Source: Eledone cirrhosa
Taxonomy: Eukaryota
Length of the DNA stretch: 64,000 nt
Reading direction: 5' to 3'
NCBI GenBank assembly: GCA_964016885.1
Contig: OZ024743.1
Span: 131,626,001 to 131,690,000 of the forward strand
In this document: piece after piece, positions 42,601 to 57,800 of the stretch
Numbering within the stretch: the first letter of the stretch is position 1
Layout of the letters: each line of letters opens with the position of its first letter
Made by a program: the position numbers and the translations under genes
The notes under the pieces: model-generated
What the model was told of the DNA's origin: nothing
The model's database searches: none
Seen by the model: only the letters and a program-made list of their open reading frames with translations

Positions 42601-44792
42601 CACCAAGCACCAAACACCAAGCACCAAAGACCAAGCCCCAAATACCAAGCACCAAGCACCAAGCACCAAACACCAAGAACCAAGCACCAAACACCAGACA
42701 GCAAGCACCAAGCACCAAACACCATGCACCCAGAACCAAGCACCAAGCACTAAACACCAAACACCAAGCACCAAGCACCAAACACCAAGCACCAAGCACC
42801 AAGCACCAAGCACCAAACACCATACACCAAGCACCAAGCACCAAACACCAAAAACCAATCACCAAGCACCAAAGAGCAAACACCAAGCCCCAAGCACCAA
42901 ACACCAAACACCAAACACCAAACAACAAACACTAAACACCAAACAACAAGCAGCAAACACCAAACACCAAATAGCAAACACCAAACACCAACCAGGAAAC
43001 ACCAAACAGCAAACACCAAACAGCAAACGCCAAACAGCAAACACCAAGCACCAAGCACCAAGCACAAAACACCAAGCACCAAGCGCCAAGCACCAAACAC
43101 CAAACACCAAACACCAAACAGCAAACACCAATCACCAAATACCAGACACCAAACACCAAACAGCAAACACCAAACACCAAACAGCAAACACCAAACACTA
43201 AACACCAAACAGCAAACACGAAACAGCAAACACCAAACAGCAGACACCAAACAGCAAACACCAAACAGCAAACACCAAACACCAAACACCAAACACCAAG
43301 CACCAACCACCAAACACCAAGCACCAAGCAACAAACACCAATCACCAAGCACCGAGCACTAAAAACCAAACATCTAGCACCAAGCACCAAGCACCAAACA
43401 CCAAGCACCAAGCACCAAGCACCAAACACCAAGCACCAAAGACCAAGCCCCAAATACCAAGCACCAAGCACCAAACACCAATCACCAGGCACCAAGCACC
43501 AAACACCAAGAACCAAGCACCAAGCACTAAACACCAAATACCAAGCACCAAGCACCAAACACCAAACACCAAGCACCAAGTACCAAACTCCAAACACCAA
43601 ACACCAAGCACCAAGCACCAAATCCCAAGCACCAAACACCAAGCACCAATCACCAAACACCAAACACCAAGCACCAAGCACCAAACACCAAAAACCAAGC
43701 ACCAAGCACCAAACACCAAACACCTAACGCCAAACACCGAAAACCAAGTACCAAGCACCAAACACCAAGCACCAAGCGTCAAAGACCAAACACCTAGCAC
43801 CAAGCACGAAACACCAAGCACCAAGCACCGAGCACCAAACACCAAGTACCAGGCACCAATCACCAAACACCAAGAACCAAGCACCAAACACCAGACAGCA
43901 AGCACCAAGCACCAAACACCAAACTCCAAGCACCAAGCACCAAACACCAAGCACCAAGCGCCAAAGACCAAACACCAGGCACCAAGCACGAAACACCAAG
44001 CACCAAGCACCAAACACCAAAAACCAAGCACCAAACACCAGACAGCAAGCACCAAGCACCAAACACCAAACACCAAGCACCAAGCACCAAACACCAAGCA
44101 CCAAGCGCCAAACACCAAACACCAAGCACCAAGCACCAAACACCAAGCACCAACCACCAAGCACCAAACACCAAGCACCAAGCACCAAACACCAAGCACC
44201 AATCACCAAACAGCAAGCACCAAGCACCAAACACCAAACACCAAGCACCAAGCACCAAACACCAAGCACCAAGCACCAAACACCAAGCACCAAGCACCAA
44301 ACACCAAAAACCAATCACCAAGCACCAAAGAGCAAACACCAAGCCCCAAGCACCAAACACCAAACACCAAACACCAAATAGCAAACACTAAACACCAAAC
44401 ACCAAACAGCAAACACAAAACACCAAATAGCAAATACCAAACAGCAAACACCAAACACCAAACAGCAAACACCAAACACCAACCAGGAAACACCAAAGAC
44501 CAAGCACCAAACACCAAGCACCAAGCCCCAAGCACCAAACACCAAGCACCAAGCACCAAACACCAAGCACCAAGCACCAAGCACCATGCACCAAACACCA
44601 AGCACCAAGCACCAAACAGCAAACACCAAACAGCAAACACCAAACACCAAACACCAACCAGCAAACACCAAACACCAAACACCAAACAGCAAACACCAAA
44701 CAGCAAACACCAAACAGCAAACACCAAACACCAAACACCTAACACCAAACGCCAAAAAGCAAACGCCAAACCCCAAACGCCAAACAGCAAAT
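33626..44792. repeat. Copy 2 of the 11.1-kb tandem duplication (11,167 bp)
   Basis: ORF-track pairs are identical or nearly so at offset 11,167, for example 24077/35244, 26012/37179, 30310/41477 and 33221/44388. Confidence 0.93.
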
Positions 44793-47700
44793 GCCAAACC
44801 CCAAACGCCAAACAGCAAACGCCAAGCGCCAAACACCAAAGACCAAGCGCCAAGCAACAAACACCAAACACCAAGCACCAAGCACCAAACACCAAACACC
44901 AAGCACCAAGTACCAAACACCAAACACCAAGCACCAAACACCAAACAGCAAACGCCAAAAAGCAAACGCCAAACCCCAAACGCCAAACAGCAAACGCCAA
45001 GGACCAAACACCAAACACCAAGCGCCAAGCACCAAATACCAAACACCAAGCACCAAGCACCAAACACCAAACACCAAGGACCAATCACCAAACACCAAGC
45101 ACCAAGCGCCAAACACCAAACACCATACACCTAGCACCAAGCACCAAGCACCAAACACCAAGCACCAAGCCCCAAGCACCAAATAGCAAGCACCCAGCAC
45201 CATACACCAAACACCAAGCACCAAGCACCCAGAACAAAGCACCAACCACCAAACACCAAACACCAAGCTCCAAGCACCAAACACCAAACACCAAGCACCA
45301 AGCACCAAGCACCAAGCAACAAACACCAAACACCAAGCACCAAGCACCAAACACCAAGCACCAAGCACCAAACACCAAGCACCAAGCGCCAAACACCAAA
45401 CACCAAGCACCAAGCACCAAACACCAAGCACCAACCACCAAGCACCAAACACCAAGCACCAAGCACCAAACACCAAGCACCAATCACCAAACAGCAAACA
45501 CCAAGCACCAAACACCAAACACCAAGCACCAATCACCAAACACCAAGCACCAAGCACCAAACACCAAGCACCAAGCACCAAACACCAAACACCAAACACC
45601 AAACAACAAACACTAAACAACAAACACCAAACAGCAAACACCAAACACCAAATAGCAAACACCAAACACCAACCAGGAAACACCAAACAGCAGACACCAA
45701 ACAGCAATTGCCAAACAGCAAACACAAACACCAAACACCAAACAGCAAGCACCAAGCACCAAGCACAAAACACCAAGCACCAGGCGCCAAGTACCAAACA
45801 CCAAACACCAAACACCAAACAGCAAACACCAATCACCAAACACCAGACACCAAACACCAAACAGCAAACACCAAACACCAAACAGCAAACACCAAACACC
45901 AAACACCAAACAGCAAACACCAAACAGCAAACACCAAACACCAAACACCAAACACCAAGCACCAAGCACCAAACACCAAGCACCAAGCAACAAACACCAA
46001 TCAGCAAGCACCAAGCACTAAAAACCAAACACCCAGCACCAAGCACCAAGCACCAAAGACCAAGCACCAAGCACCAAGCACCAAACACCAAGCACCAAAG
46101 ACCAAGCCCCAAATACCAAGCACCAAGCACCAAGCACCAAACACCAAGAACCAAGCACCAAACACCAGACAGCAAGCACCAAGCACCAAACACCATGCAC
46201 CCAGAACCAAGCACCAAGCACTAAACACCAAACACCAAGCACCAAGCACCAAACACCAAACACCAAGCACCAAGCACCAAGCACCAAGCACCAAACACCA
46301 TACACCAAGCACCAAGCACCAAACACCAAAAACCAATCACCAAGCACCAAAGAGCAAACACCAAGCCCCAAGCACCAAACACCAAACACCAAACACCAAA
46401 CAACAAACACTAAACACCAAACAACAAACAGCAAACACCAAACACCAAATAGCAAACACCAAACACCAACCAGGAAACACCAAACAGCAAACACCAAACA
46501 GCAAACGCCAAACAGCAAACACCAAGCACCAAGCACCAAGCACAAAACACCAAGCACCAAGCGCCAAGCACCAAACACCAAACACCAAACACCAAACAGC
46601 AAACACCAATCACCAAATACCAGACACCAAACACCAAACAGCAAACACCAAACACCAAACAGCAAACACCAAACACCAAACACCAAACAGCAAACACGAA
46701 ACAGCAAACACCAAACAGCAGACACCAAACAGCAAACACCAAACAGCAAACACCAAACACCAAACACCAAACACCAAGCACCAACCACCAAACACCAAGC
46801 ACCAAGCAACAAACACCAATCACCAAGCACCGAGCACTAAAAACCAAACATCTAGCACCAAGCACCAAGCACCAAACACCAAGCACCAAGCACCAAGCAC
46901 CAAACACCAAGCACCAAAGACCAAGCCCCAAATACCAAGCACCAAGCACCAAACACCAATCACCAGGCACCAAGCACCAAACACCAAGAACCAAGCACCA
47001 AGCACTAAACACCAAATACCAAGCACCAAGCACCAAACACCAAACACCAAGCACCAAGTACCAAACTCCAAACACCAAACACCAAGCACCAAGCACCAAA
47101 TCCCAAGCACCAAACACCAAGCACCAATCACCAAACACCAAACACCAAGCACCAAGCACCAAACACCAAAAACCAAGCACCAAGCACCAAGCACCAAACA
47201 CCTAACGCCAAACACCGAAAACCAAGTACCAAGCACCAAACACCAAGCACCAAGCGTCAAAGACCAAACACCTAGCACCAAGCACGAAACACCAAGCACC
47301 AAGCACCGAGCACCAAACACCAAGTACCAGGCACCAATCACCAAACACCAAGAACCAAGCACCAAACACCAGACAGCAAGCACCAAGCACCAAACACCAA
47401 ACTCCAAGCACCAAGCACCAAACACCAAGCACCAACCGCCAAAGACCAAACACCAGGCACCAAGCACGAAACACCAAGCACCAAGCACCAAACACCAAAA
47501 ACCAAGCACCAAACACCAGACAGCAAGCACCAAGCACCAAACACCAAACACCAAGCACCAAGCACCAAACACCAAGCACCAAGCGCCAAACACCAAACAC
47601 CAAGCACCAAGCACCAAACACCAAGCACCAACCACCAAGCACCAAACACCAAGCACCAAGCGCCAAACACCAAGCACCAATCACCAAACAGCAAGCACCA

Positions 47701-48830
47701 AGCACCAAACACCAAACACCAAGCACCAAGCACCAAACACCAAGCACCAAGCACCAAACACCAAGCACCAAGCACCAAACACCAAAGACCAAGCACCAAA
47801 CACCAAGCACCAAGCCCCAAGCACCAAACACCAAGCACCAAGCACCAAACACCAAGCACCAAGCACCAAGCACCATGCACCAAACACCAAGCACCAAGCA
47901 CCAAACAGCAAACACCAAACAGCAAACACCAAACACCAAACACCAACCAGCAAACACCAAACACCAAACACCAAACAGCAAACACCAAACAGCAAACACC
48001 AAACAGCAAACACCAAACACCAAACACCTAACACCAAACGCCAAAAAGCAAACGCCAAACCCCAAACGCCAAACAGCAAATGCCAAACCCCAAACGCCAA
48101 ACAGCAAACGCCAAGCGCCAAACACCAAAGACCAAGCGCCAAGCAACAAACACCAAACACCAAGCACCAAGCACCAAACACCAAACACCAAGCACCAAGT
48201 ACCAAACACCAAACACCAAGCACCAAACACCAAACAGCAAACGCCAAAAAGCAAACGCCAAACCCCAAACGCCAAACAGCAAACGCCAAGGACCAAACAC
48301 CAAACACCAAGCGCCAAGCACCAAATACCAAACACCAAGCACCAAGCACCAAACACCAAACACCAAGGACCAATCACCAAACACCAAGCACCAAGCGCCA
48401 AACACCAAACACCATACACCTAGCACCAAGCACCAAGCGCCAAACACCAAGCACCAAGCCCCAAGCACCAAATAGCAAGCACCCAGCACCATACACCAAA
48501 CACCAAGCACCAAGCACCCAGAACAAAGCACCAACCACCAAACAACAAGCACCAAGCACCAAGCACCAAGCACCAAACACCAAACACCAAGCACCAAGCA
48601 CCAAACACCAAGCACCAAGCACCAAACACCAAGCACCAAGCGCCAAACACCAAACACCAAGCACCAAGCACCAAACACCAAGCACCAACCACCAAGCACC
48701 AAACACCAAGCACCAAGCACCAAACACCAAGCACCAATCACCAAACAGCAAACACCAAGCACCAAACACCAAACACCAAGCACCAAGCACCAAACGCCAA
48801 GCACCAAGCACCAAACACCAAGCACCAAGC
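42110..48830. repeat. Local tandem duplication of about 3.5 kb (copy 1 about 42110-45580, copy 2 about 45580-48830)
   Basis: Markers 42871/46349 and AAGCGTC 43774/47252 are offset by 3478. The offset drops to 3289 after a 189-bp (27-unit) deletion near 47780 that removes one AAAGAGC core. Confidence 0.8.
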
Positions 48831-48861
48831 ACCAAACACCAAAAACCAATCACCAAGCACC

Positions 48862-51800
48862 AAAGAGCAAACACCAAGCCCCAAGCACCAAACACAAAAC
48901 ACCAAATACCAAATAGCAAACACTAAACACCAAACACCAAACAGCAAACACAAAACAACAAATAGCAAATACCAAACAGCAAACACCAAACACCAAACAG
49001 CAAACACCAAACACCAACCAGGAAACACCAAAGACCAAGCACCAAACACCAAGCACCAAGCCCCAAGCACCAAACACCAAGCACCAAGCACCAAACACCA
49101 AGCACCAAGCACCAAGCACCATGCACCAAACACCAAGCACCAAGCACCAAACAGCAAACACCAAACAGCAAACACCAAACACCAAACACCAACCAGCAAA
49201 CACCAAACACCAAACACCAAACAGCAAACACCAAACAGCAAACACCAAACAGCAAACACCAAACACCAAACACCAAACACCAAACGCCAAAAAGTAAACG
49301 CCAAACCCCAAACGCCAAACAGCAAATGCCAAACCCCAAGCGCCAAACACCAAACACCAAGCGCCAAGCAACAAACACCAAACACCAAGCACCAAGCACC
49401 AAACACCAAACACCAAGCACCAAGTACCAAACACCAAACACCAAGCACCAAACACCAAACAACAAACGCCAATAAGCAAACGCCAAACCCCAAACGCCAA
49501 ACAGCAAACGCCAAGGACCAAACACCAAACAACAAGCGCCAAGCACCAAATACCAAACACCAAGCACCAAGCACCAAACACCAAATACCAAACACCAAGC
49601 ACCAAGCACCAAACACCAAACACCAAGGACCAATCACCTAACACCAAGCACCAAGCGCCAAACACCAAAAACCAAACACCTAGCACCAAGCACCAAGCAC
49701 CAAACACCAAGCACCAAGCCCCAAGCACCAAACAGCAAGCACCCAGCACCATACACCAAACACCAAGCACCAAGCACCCAGAACAAAGCACCAAGCACCA
49801 AACACCAAACACCAAGCTCCAAGCACCAAACACCAAACACCAAGCACCAAGCACCAAGCACCAAGCACCAAACACCAATCACCAAGCCCCAAGCACCAAA
49901 CACCAAGCACCCAGCACCATACACCAAACACCAAGCACCAACCACCCAGAACAAAGCACCAAGCACCAAACACCAAACACCAAGCTCCAAGCACCAAACA
50001 CCAAACACGAAGCACCATGCACCAAGCACCAAGCACCAAACACCAAACACCAAGCACCAAGCACCAAACACCAAACACCAAGCACCAATCACCATACACC
50101 AAGCACCAAGCACCAAACACCAAACACCAAGCACCAATCACCATACACCTAGCACCAAGCACCAAGCACCAAACACCAAGCACCAAACACCAAGCACCAT
50201 GCACCAAGCACCAAGCACCAAGCACCAAACACCAATCACCAAGCCCCAAGCACCAAACACCAAGCACCAAGCACCAAACACCAAACACCAAGCACCAAGC
50301 ACCCAGAACCAAGCACCAAGCACCAAACACCAAACACAAAGCACCAAGCACCAAACACCAAACACCAAGCACCAAGCACCAAGCACCAAGTACCAAACAC
50401 CATACACCAAGCACCAAGCACCAAACACCAAAAACCAATCACCAAGCACCAAAGAGCAAACACCAAGCCCCAAGCACCAAACAACAAACACCAAACACCA
50501 AAAAGCAAACACTAAACACAAAACACCAAACAGCAAACACAAAACACCAAATAGCAAACACCAAACACCAACCAGGAAACACCAAACAGCAAACACCAAA
50601 CAGCAAACGCCAAACAGCAAACACAAACACCAAACACCAAACACCAAGCACCAAGCACCAAGCACAAAACACCAAGCACCAAGCGCCAAGCACCAAACAC
50701 CAAACACCAAACACCAAACAGCAAACACCAATCACCAAACACCAGACACCAAACACCAAACAGCAAACACCAAACACCAAACAGCAAACACCAAACACCA
50801 AACACCAAACAGCAAACACGAAACAGCAAACACGAAACAGCAAACACCAAACAGCAAACACTCAAACAGCAAACAGCAAACACCAAACTCCAAACACCAA
50901 GCACCAAGCACCAAACACCAAGCACCAAGCAACAAGCACCAATCACCAAGCACCAAGCACTAAACACCAAACACCTAGCACCAAGCACCGAGCACCAAAC
51001 ACCAAGCACCAAGCACCAAGCACCAAACACCAAGCACCAAAGACCAAGCCCCAAATACCAAGCACCAAGCACCAAACACTAATCACCAGGGACCAAGCAC
51101 CAAACACCAAGAACCAAGCACCAAGCACTAAACACCAAACACCAAGCACCAAGCACCAAACACCAAACACCAAGCACCAAGTACCAAACTCCAAACACCA
51201 AACACCAAGCACCAAGCACCAAATCCCAAGCACCAAACACCAAGCACCAATCACCAAACACCAAACACCAAGCGCCAAGCACCAACCACCAAGCACCAAG
51301 CACGAAACACCAAGCACCAAGCACCGAGCACCAAACACCAAGTACCAAGCACCAATCACCAAACACCAAGCACCAAGCACCAAACACCAAACAGCAAGCA
51401 CCAAGCACCAAGGACCAAACATAAAACAACAAGTACCAAGCACCAAACACCAAACACCAAACACCAAACACCAAGCACAAAGCACCAAACACCAAACACC
51501 AAGCACCAAGCACCAGACACCAAGCACCAAGCACCAAGCACCAAGCACCAAAAACCAAGCACCAAGCTCCAAGGACCAAACACCAAGCACCAAACACCAA
51601 ACACAAAGCACCAAGCACCAAACACCAAACACCAAGCACCAAGCACCAAACACCATACACCAAGCACCAATCACCAAACACCAAGCACCAAGCGCCAAAC
51701 ACCAAACACCAAACACCTAGCACCAAGCACCAAGCACCGAACACCAAGCACCAAACACCAAGCACCAAGCACCAAGCACCAAGCACCAAGCACCAAACAC

Positions 51801-54800
51801 CAATCACCAAGCCCCAAGCACCAAACACCAAGCACCAAGACCCAAACACCAAACACCAAGCACCATGCACCCAGAACCAAGCACCGAGCACCAAACACCA
51901 AACACCAAGCACCAAGCACCAAACACCAAACACCAAGCACCAAGCACCAAACACTATACACCAAGCACCAAGCACCAAACACCAAAAACCAATCACCAAG
52001 CACCAAAGAGCAAACACCAAGCCCCAAGCACCAAACACCAAACACCAAACACCAAAAAGCAAACACTAAACACAAAACACCAAACAGCAAACACCAAACA
52101 CCAAATAGCAAACACCAAACACCAACCAGGAAACAGCAAACACCAAACAGCAAACGCCAAACAGCAAACACAAACACCAAACACCAAACACCAAGCACCA
52201 AGCACCAAGCACAAAACACCAAGCACCAAGCGCCAAGCACCAAACACCAAACACCAAACACCAAACAGCAAACACCAATCACCAAACACCAGACACCAAA
52301 CACCAAACAGCAAACACCAAACACCAAACAGCAAACACCAAACACCAAACACCAAACAGCAAACACGAAAAAGCAAACACCAAACAGCAAACACCAATCA
52401 GCAAACACCAAACAGCAAACAGCAAACACCAAACTCCAAACACAAAGCACCAAGCACCAAACACCAAGCACCAAGCAACAAGCACCAATCACCAAGCACC
52501 AAGCACTAAACACCAAACACCTAGCACCAAGCACCAAGCACCAAACACCAAGCACCAAGCACCAAGCACCAAACACCAAGCACCAAAGACCAAGCCCCAA
52601 ATACCAAGCACCAAGCACCAAACACTAATCACCAGGGACCAAGCACCAAACACCAAGAACCAAGCACCAAGCACTAAACACCAAACACCAAGCACCAAAC
52701 ACCAAACACCAAGCACCAAGTACCAAACTCCAAACACCAAACACCAAGCACCAAGCACCAAATCCCAAGCACCAAACACCAAGCACCAATCACCAAACAC
52801 CAAACACCAAGCGCCAAGCACCAAACACCAAGCACCAAGCACGAAACACCAAGCACCAAGCACCGAGCACCAAACACCAAGTACCAAGCACCAATCACCA
52901 AACACCAAGCACCAAGCACCAAACACCAAACAGCAAGCACCAAGCCCCAAGCACCAAACATAAAACAACAAGTACCAAGCACCAAACACCAAACACCAAA
53001 CACCCAACACCAAGCACAAAGCACCAAACACCAAACACCAAGCACCAAGCACCAGACACCAAGCACCAAGCACCAAGCACCAAGCACCAAAAACCAAGCA
53101 CCAAGCTCCAAGGACCAAACACCAAGCACCAAACACCAAACACAAAGCACCAAGCACCAAACACCAAACACCAAGCACCAAGCACCAAACACCAAACACC
53201 AAGCACCAATCACCAAACACCAAGCACCAAGCGCCAAACACCAAACACCAAACACCTAGCACCAGGCACCAAGCACCGAACACCAAGCACCAAACACCAA
53301 GCACCAAGCACCAAACACCAAGCACCAAGACCCAAACACCAAACACCAAGCACCATGCACCCAGAACCAAGCACCAAGCACCAAACACCAAACACCAAGC
53401 ACCAAGCACCAAACACCAAGCACCAAGCACCAAGCACCAAGCACCAAGCACCAAACACCATACACCAAGCACCAAGCACCAAACACCAAAAACCAATCAC
53501 CAAGCACCAAAGAGCAAACACCAAGCCCCAAGCACCAAACACCAAACACCAAACACCAAAAAGCAAACACTAAACACAAAACACCAAACAGCAAACACCA
53601 AACACCAAATAGCAAACACCAAACACCAACCAGGAAACACCAAACAGCAAACACCAAACAGCAAACGCCAAACAGCAAACACAAACACCAAACACCAAGC
53701 ACCAAGCACCAAGCACAAAACACCAAGCACCAAGCGCCAAGCACCAAACACCAAACAGCAAACACCAATCACCAAACACCAGACACCAAACACCAAACAG
53801 CAAACACCAAACACCAAACAGCAAACACCAAACACCAAACACCAAACAGCAAACACCAAACAGCAAACACCAAACAGCAAACACCAAACAGCAAACACCA
53901 AACAGCAAACAGCAAACACCAAACTCCAAACACCAAGCACCAAGCACCAAACACCAAGCACCAAGCAACAAGCACCAATCACCAAGCACCAAGCACTAAA
54001 CACCAAACACCTAGCACCAAGCACCGAGCACCAAACACCAAGCACCAAGCACCAAGCACCAAACACCAAGCACCAAAGACCAAGCCCCAAATACCAAGCA
54101 CCAAGCACCAAACACTAATCACCAGGGACCAAGCACCAAACACCAAGAACCAAGCACCAAACACTAAACACCAAACACCAAGCACCAAGCACCAAACACC
54201 AAACACCAAGCACCAAGTACCAAACTCCAAACACCAAACACCAAGCACCAAGCACCAAATCCCAAGCACCAAACACCAAGCACCAATCACCAAACACCAA
54301 ACACCAAGCGCCAAGCACCAAACACCAAGCACCAAGCACGAAACACCAAGCACCAAGCACTGAGCACCAAACACCAAGTACCAAGCACCAATCACCAAAC
54401 ACCAAGCACCAAGCCCCAAACACCAAACAGCAAGCACCAAGCACCAAGCACCAAACATAAAACAACAAGTACCAAGCACCAAACACCAAACACCAAACAC
54501 CAAACACCAAGCACAAAGCACCAAACACCAAACACCAAGCACCAAGCACCAGACACCAAGCACCAAGCACCAAGCACCAAGCACCAAAAACCAAGCACCA
54601 AGCTCCAAGGACCAAACACCAAGCACAAAACACCAAACACAAAGCACCAAGCACCAAACACCAAACACCAAGCACCAAGCACCAAACACCAAACACCAAG
54701 CACCAATCACCAAACACCAAGCACCAAGCGCCAAACACCAAACACCAAACACCTAGCACCAAGCACCAAGCACCGAACACGAAGCACCAAACACCAAGCA

Positions 54801-57800
54801 CCAAGCACCAAGCACCAAGCACCAAGCACCAAACACCAATCACCAAGCCCCAAGCACCAAACACCAAGCACCAAGACCCAAACACCAGAAACCAAGCACC
54901 ATGCACCCAGAACCAAGCACCAAGCACCAAACACCAAACACCAAGCACCAAGCACCAAACACCAAACACCAAGCACCAAGCACCAAGCACCAAGCACCAA
55001 ACACCATACACCAAGCACCAAGCACCAAACACCAAAAACCAATCACCAAGCACCAAAGAGCAAACACCAAGCCCCAAGCACCAAACACCAAACACCAAAC
55101 ACCAAACAACAAACACTAAACAACAAACACCAAACAGCAAACACCAAACACCAACCAGGAAACACCAAACAGCAGACACCAAACAACAATCGCCAAACAG
55201 CAAACACAAACACCAAACACCAAACAGCAAGCACCAAGCACCAAGCACAAAACACCAAGCACCAGGCGCCAAGTACCAAACACCAAACACCAAACACCAA
55301 ACAGCAAACACCAATCACCAAACACCAGACACCAAACACCAAACAGCAAACAACAAACACCAAACAGCAAACACCAAACACCAAACACCAAACAGCAAAC
55401 ACCAAACAGCAAACACCAAACACCAAACACCAAACACCAAGCACCAAGCACCAAACACCAAGCACCAAGCAACAAACACCAATCACCAAGCACCAAGCAC
55501 TAAAAACCAAACACCCAGCACCAAGCACCAAGCACCAAAGACCAAGCACCAAGCACCAAGCACCAAACACCAAGCACCAAAGACCAAGCCCCAAATACCA
55601 AGCACCAAGCACCAAACACCAATCACCAGGCACCAAGCACCAAACACCAAGAACCAAGCACCAAGCACTAAACACCAAATACCAAGCACCAAGCACCAAA
55701 CTCCAAACACCAAGCACCAAGTACCAAACTCCAAACACCAAACACCAAGCACCAAGCACCAAATCCCAAGCACCAAACACCAAGCACCAATCACCAAACA
55801 CCAAACACCAAGCACCAAGCACCAAACACCAAAAACCAAGCACCAAGCACCAAGCACCAAACACCAAACGCCAAACACAGAACACCAAGTACCAAGCGCA
55901 AAACACCAAGCACCAAGCGCCAAAGACCAAACACCAGGCACCGAGCACGAAACACCAAGCACCAAGCACCAAACACCAAGAACCAAGCACCAAACACCAG
56001 ACAGCAAGCACCAAGCACCAAACACCATGCACCCAGAACCAAGCACCAAGCACCAAACACCAAACACCAAGCACCAAGCACCAAACACCAAACACCAAGC
56101 ACCAAGCACCAAGCACCAAGCACCAAACACCATACACCAAGCACCAAGCACGAAACACCAAAAACCAATCACCAAGCACCAAAGAGCAAACACCAAGCCC
56201 CAAGCACCAAACACCAAACACCAAACACCAAACAACAAACACTAAACACCAAACAACAAACAGCAAACACCAAACACCAAATAGCAAACACCAAACACCA
56301 ACCAGGAAACACCAAACAGCAAACACCAAACAGCAAACGCCAAACAGCAAACACCAAGCACCAAGCACCAAGCACAAAACACCAAGCACCAAGCGCCAAG
56401 CACCAAACACCAAACACCAAACACCAAACAGCAAACACCAATCACCAAATACCAGACACCAAACACCAAACAGCAAACACCAAACACCAAACAGCAAACA
56501 CCAAACACCAAACACCAAACAGCAAACACGAAACAGCAAACACCAAACAGCAGACACCAAACGGCAAACACCAAACAGCAAACACCAAACACCAAACACC
56601 AAACACCAAGCACCAACCACCAAACACCAAGCACCAAGCAACAAACACCAATCACCAAGCACCGAGCACTAAAAACCAAACATCTAGCACCAAGCACCAA
56701 GCACCAAACACCAAGCACCAAGCACCAAGCACCAAACACCAAGCACCAAAGACCAAGCCCCAAATACCAAGCACCAAGCACCAAACACCAATCACCAGGC
56801 ACCAAGCACCAAACACCAAGAACCAAGCACCAAGCACTAAACACCAAATACCAAGCACCAAGCACCAAACACCAAACACCAAGCACCAAGTACCAAACTC
56901 CAAACACCAAACACCAAGCACCAAGCACCAAATCCCAAGCACCAAACACCAAGCACCAATCACCAAACACCAAACACCAAGCACCAAGCACCAAACACCA
57001 AAAACCAAGCACCAAGCACCAAGCACCAAACACCTAACGCCAAACACCGAAAACCAAGTACCAAGCACCAAACACCAAGCACCAAGCGTCAAAGACCAAA
57101 CACCTAGCACCAAGCACGAAACACCAAGCACCAAGCACCGAGCACCAAACACCAAGTACCAGGCACCAATCACCAAACACCAAGAACCAAGCACCAAACA
57201 CCAGACAGCAAGCACCAAGCACCAAACACCAAACTCCATGCACCAAGCACCAAACACCAAGCACCAAGCGCCAAAGACCAAACACCAGGCACCAAGCACG
57301 AAACACCAAGCACCAAGCACCAAACACCAAAAACCAAGCACCAAACACCAGACAGCAAGCACCAAGCACCAAACAACAAACACCAAGCACCAAGCACCAA
57401 ACACCAAGCACCAAGCGCCAAACACCAAACACCAAGCACCAAGCACCAAACACCAAGCACCAACCACCAAGCACCAAACACCAAGCACCAAGCACCAAAC
57501 ACCAAGCACCAATCACCAAACAGCAAGCACCAAGCACCAAACACCAAACACCAAGCACCAAGCACCAAACACCAAGCATCAAGCACCAAACACCAAGCAC
57601 CAAGCACCAAACACCAAAAACCAATCACCAAGCACCAAAGAGCAAACACCAAGCCCCAAGCACCAAACAGCAAACACCAAACACCAAATAGCAAACACTA
57701 AACACCAAACACCAAACAGCAAACACAAAACACCAAATAGCAAATACCAAACAGCAAACACCAAACACCAAACAGCAAACACCAAACACCAACCAGGAAA

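Noticed and set aside
45708-48926. Long + strand ORFs (1072 aa here; also 17803..20721, 23302..26061, 14172..16496 and 1571..3874) as mucin-like or repeat protein genes
   Set aside because: The + strand has almost no T, so stop codons are rare by composition. The same peptide appears in all frames, there is no non-repetitive domain or signal peptide, and homologous copies are broken by TAA/TAG variants. The long ORFs also cover paralogous blocks, so they are not independent evidence.
55043-56662. Hydrophobic - strand ORFs (WCLVLGA/WCLVFGV repeats) as membrane proteins
   Set aside because: They are the reverse complement of the satellite, overlap in all three frames, begin mostly at GTG/TTG codons that occur in every unit, and mostly end at TGA from the AATCACC variant.
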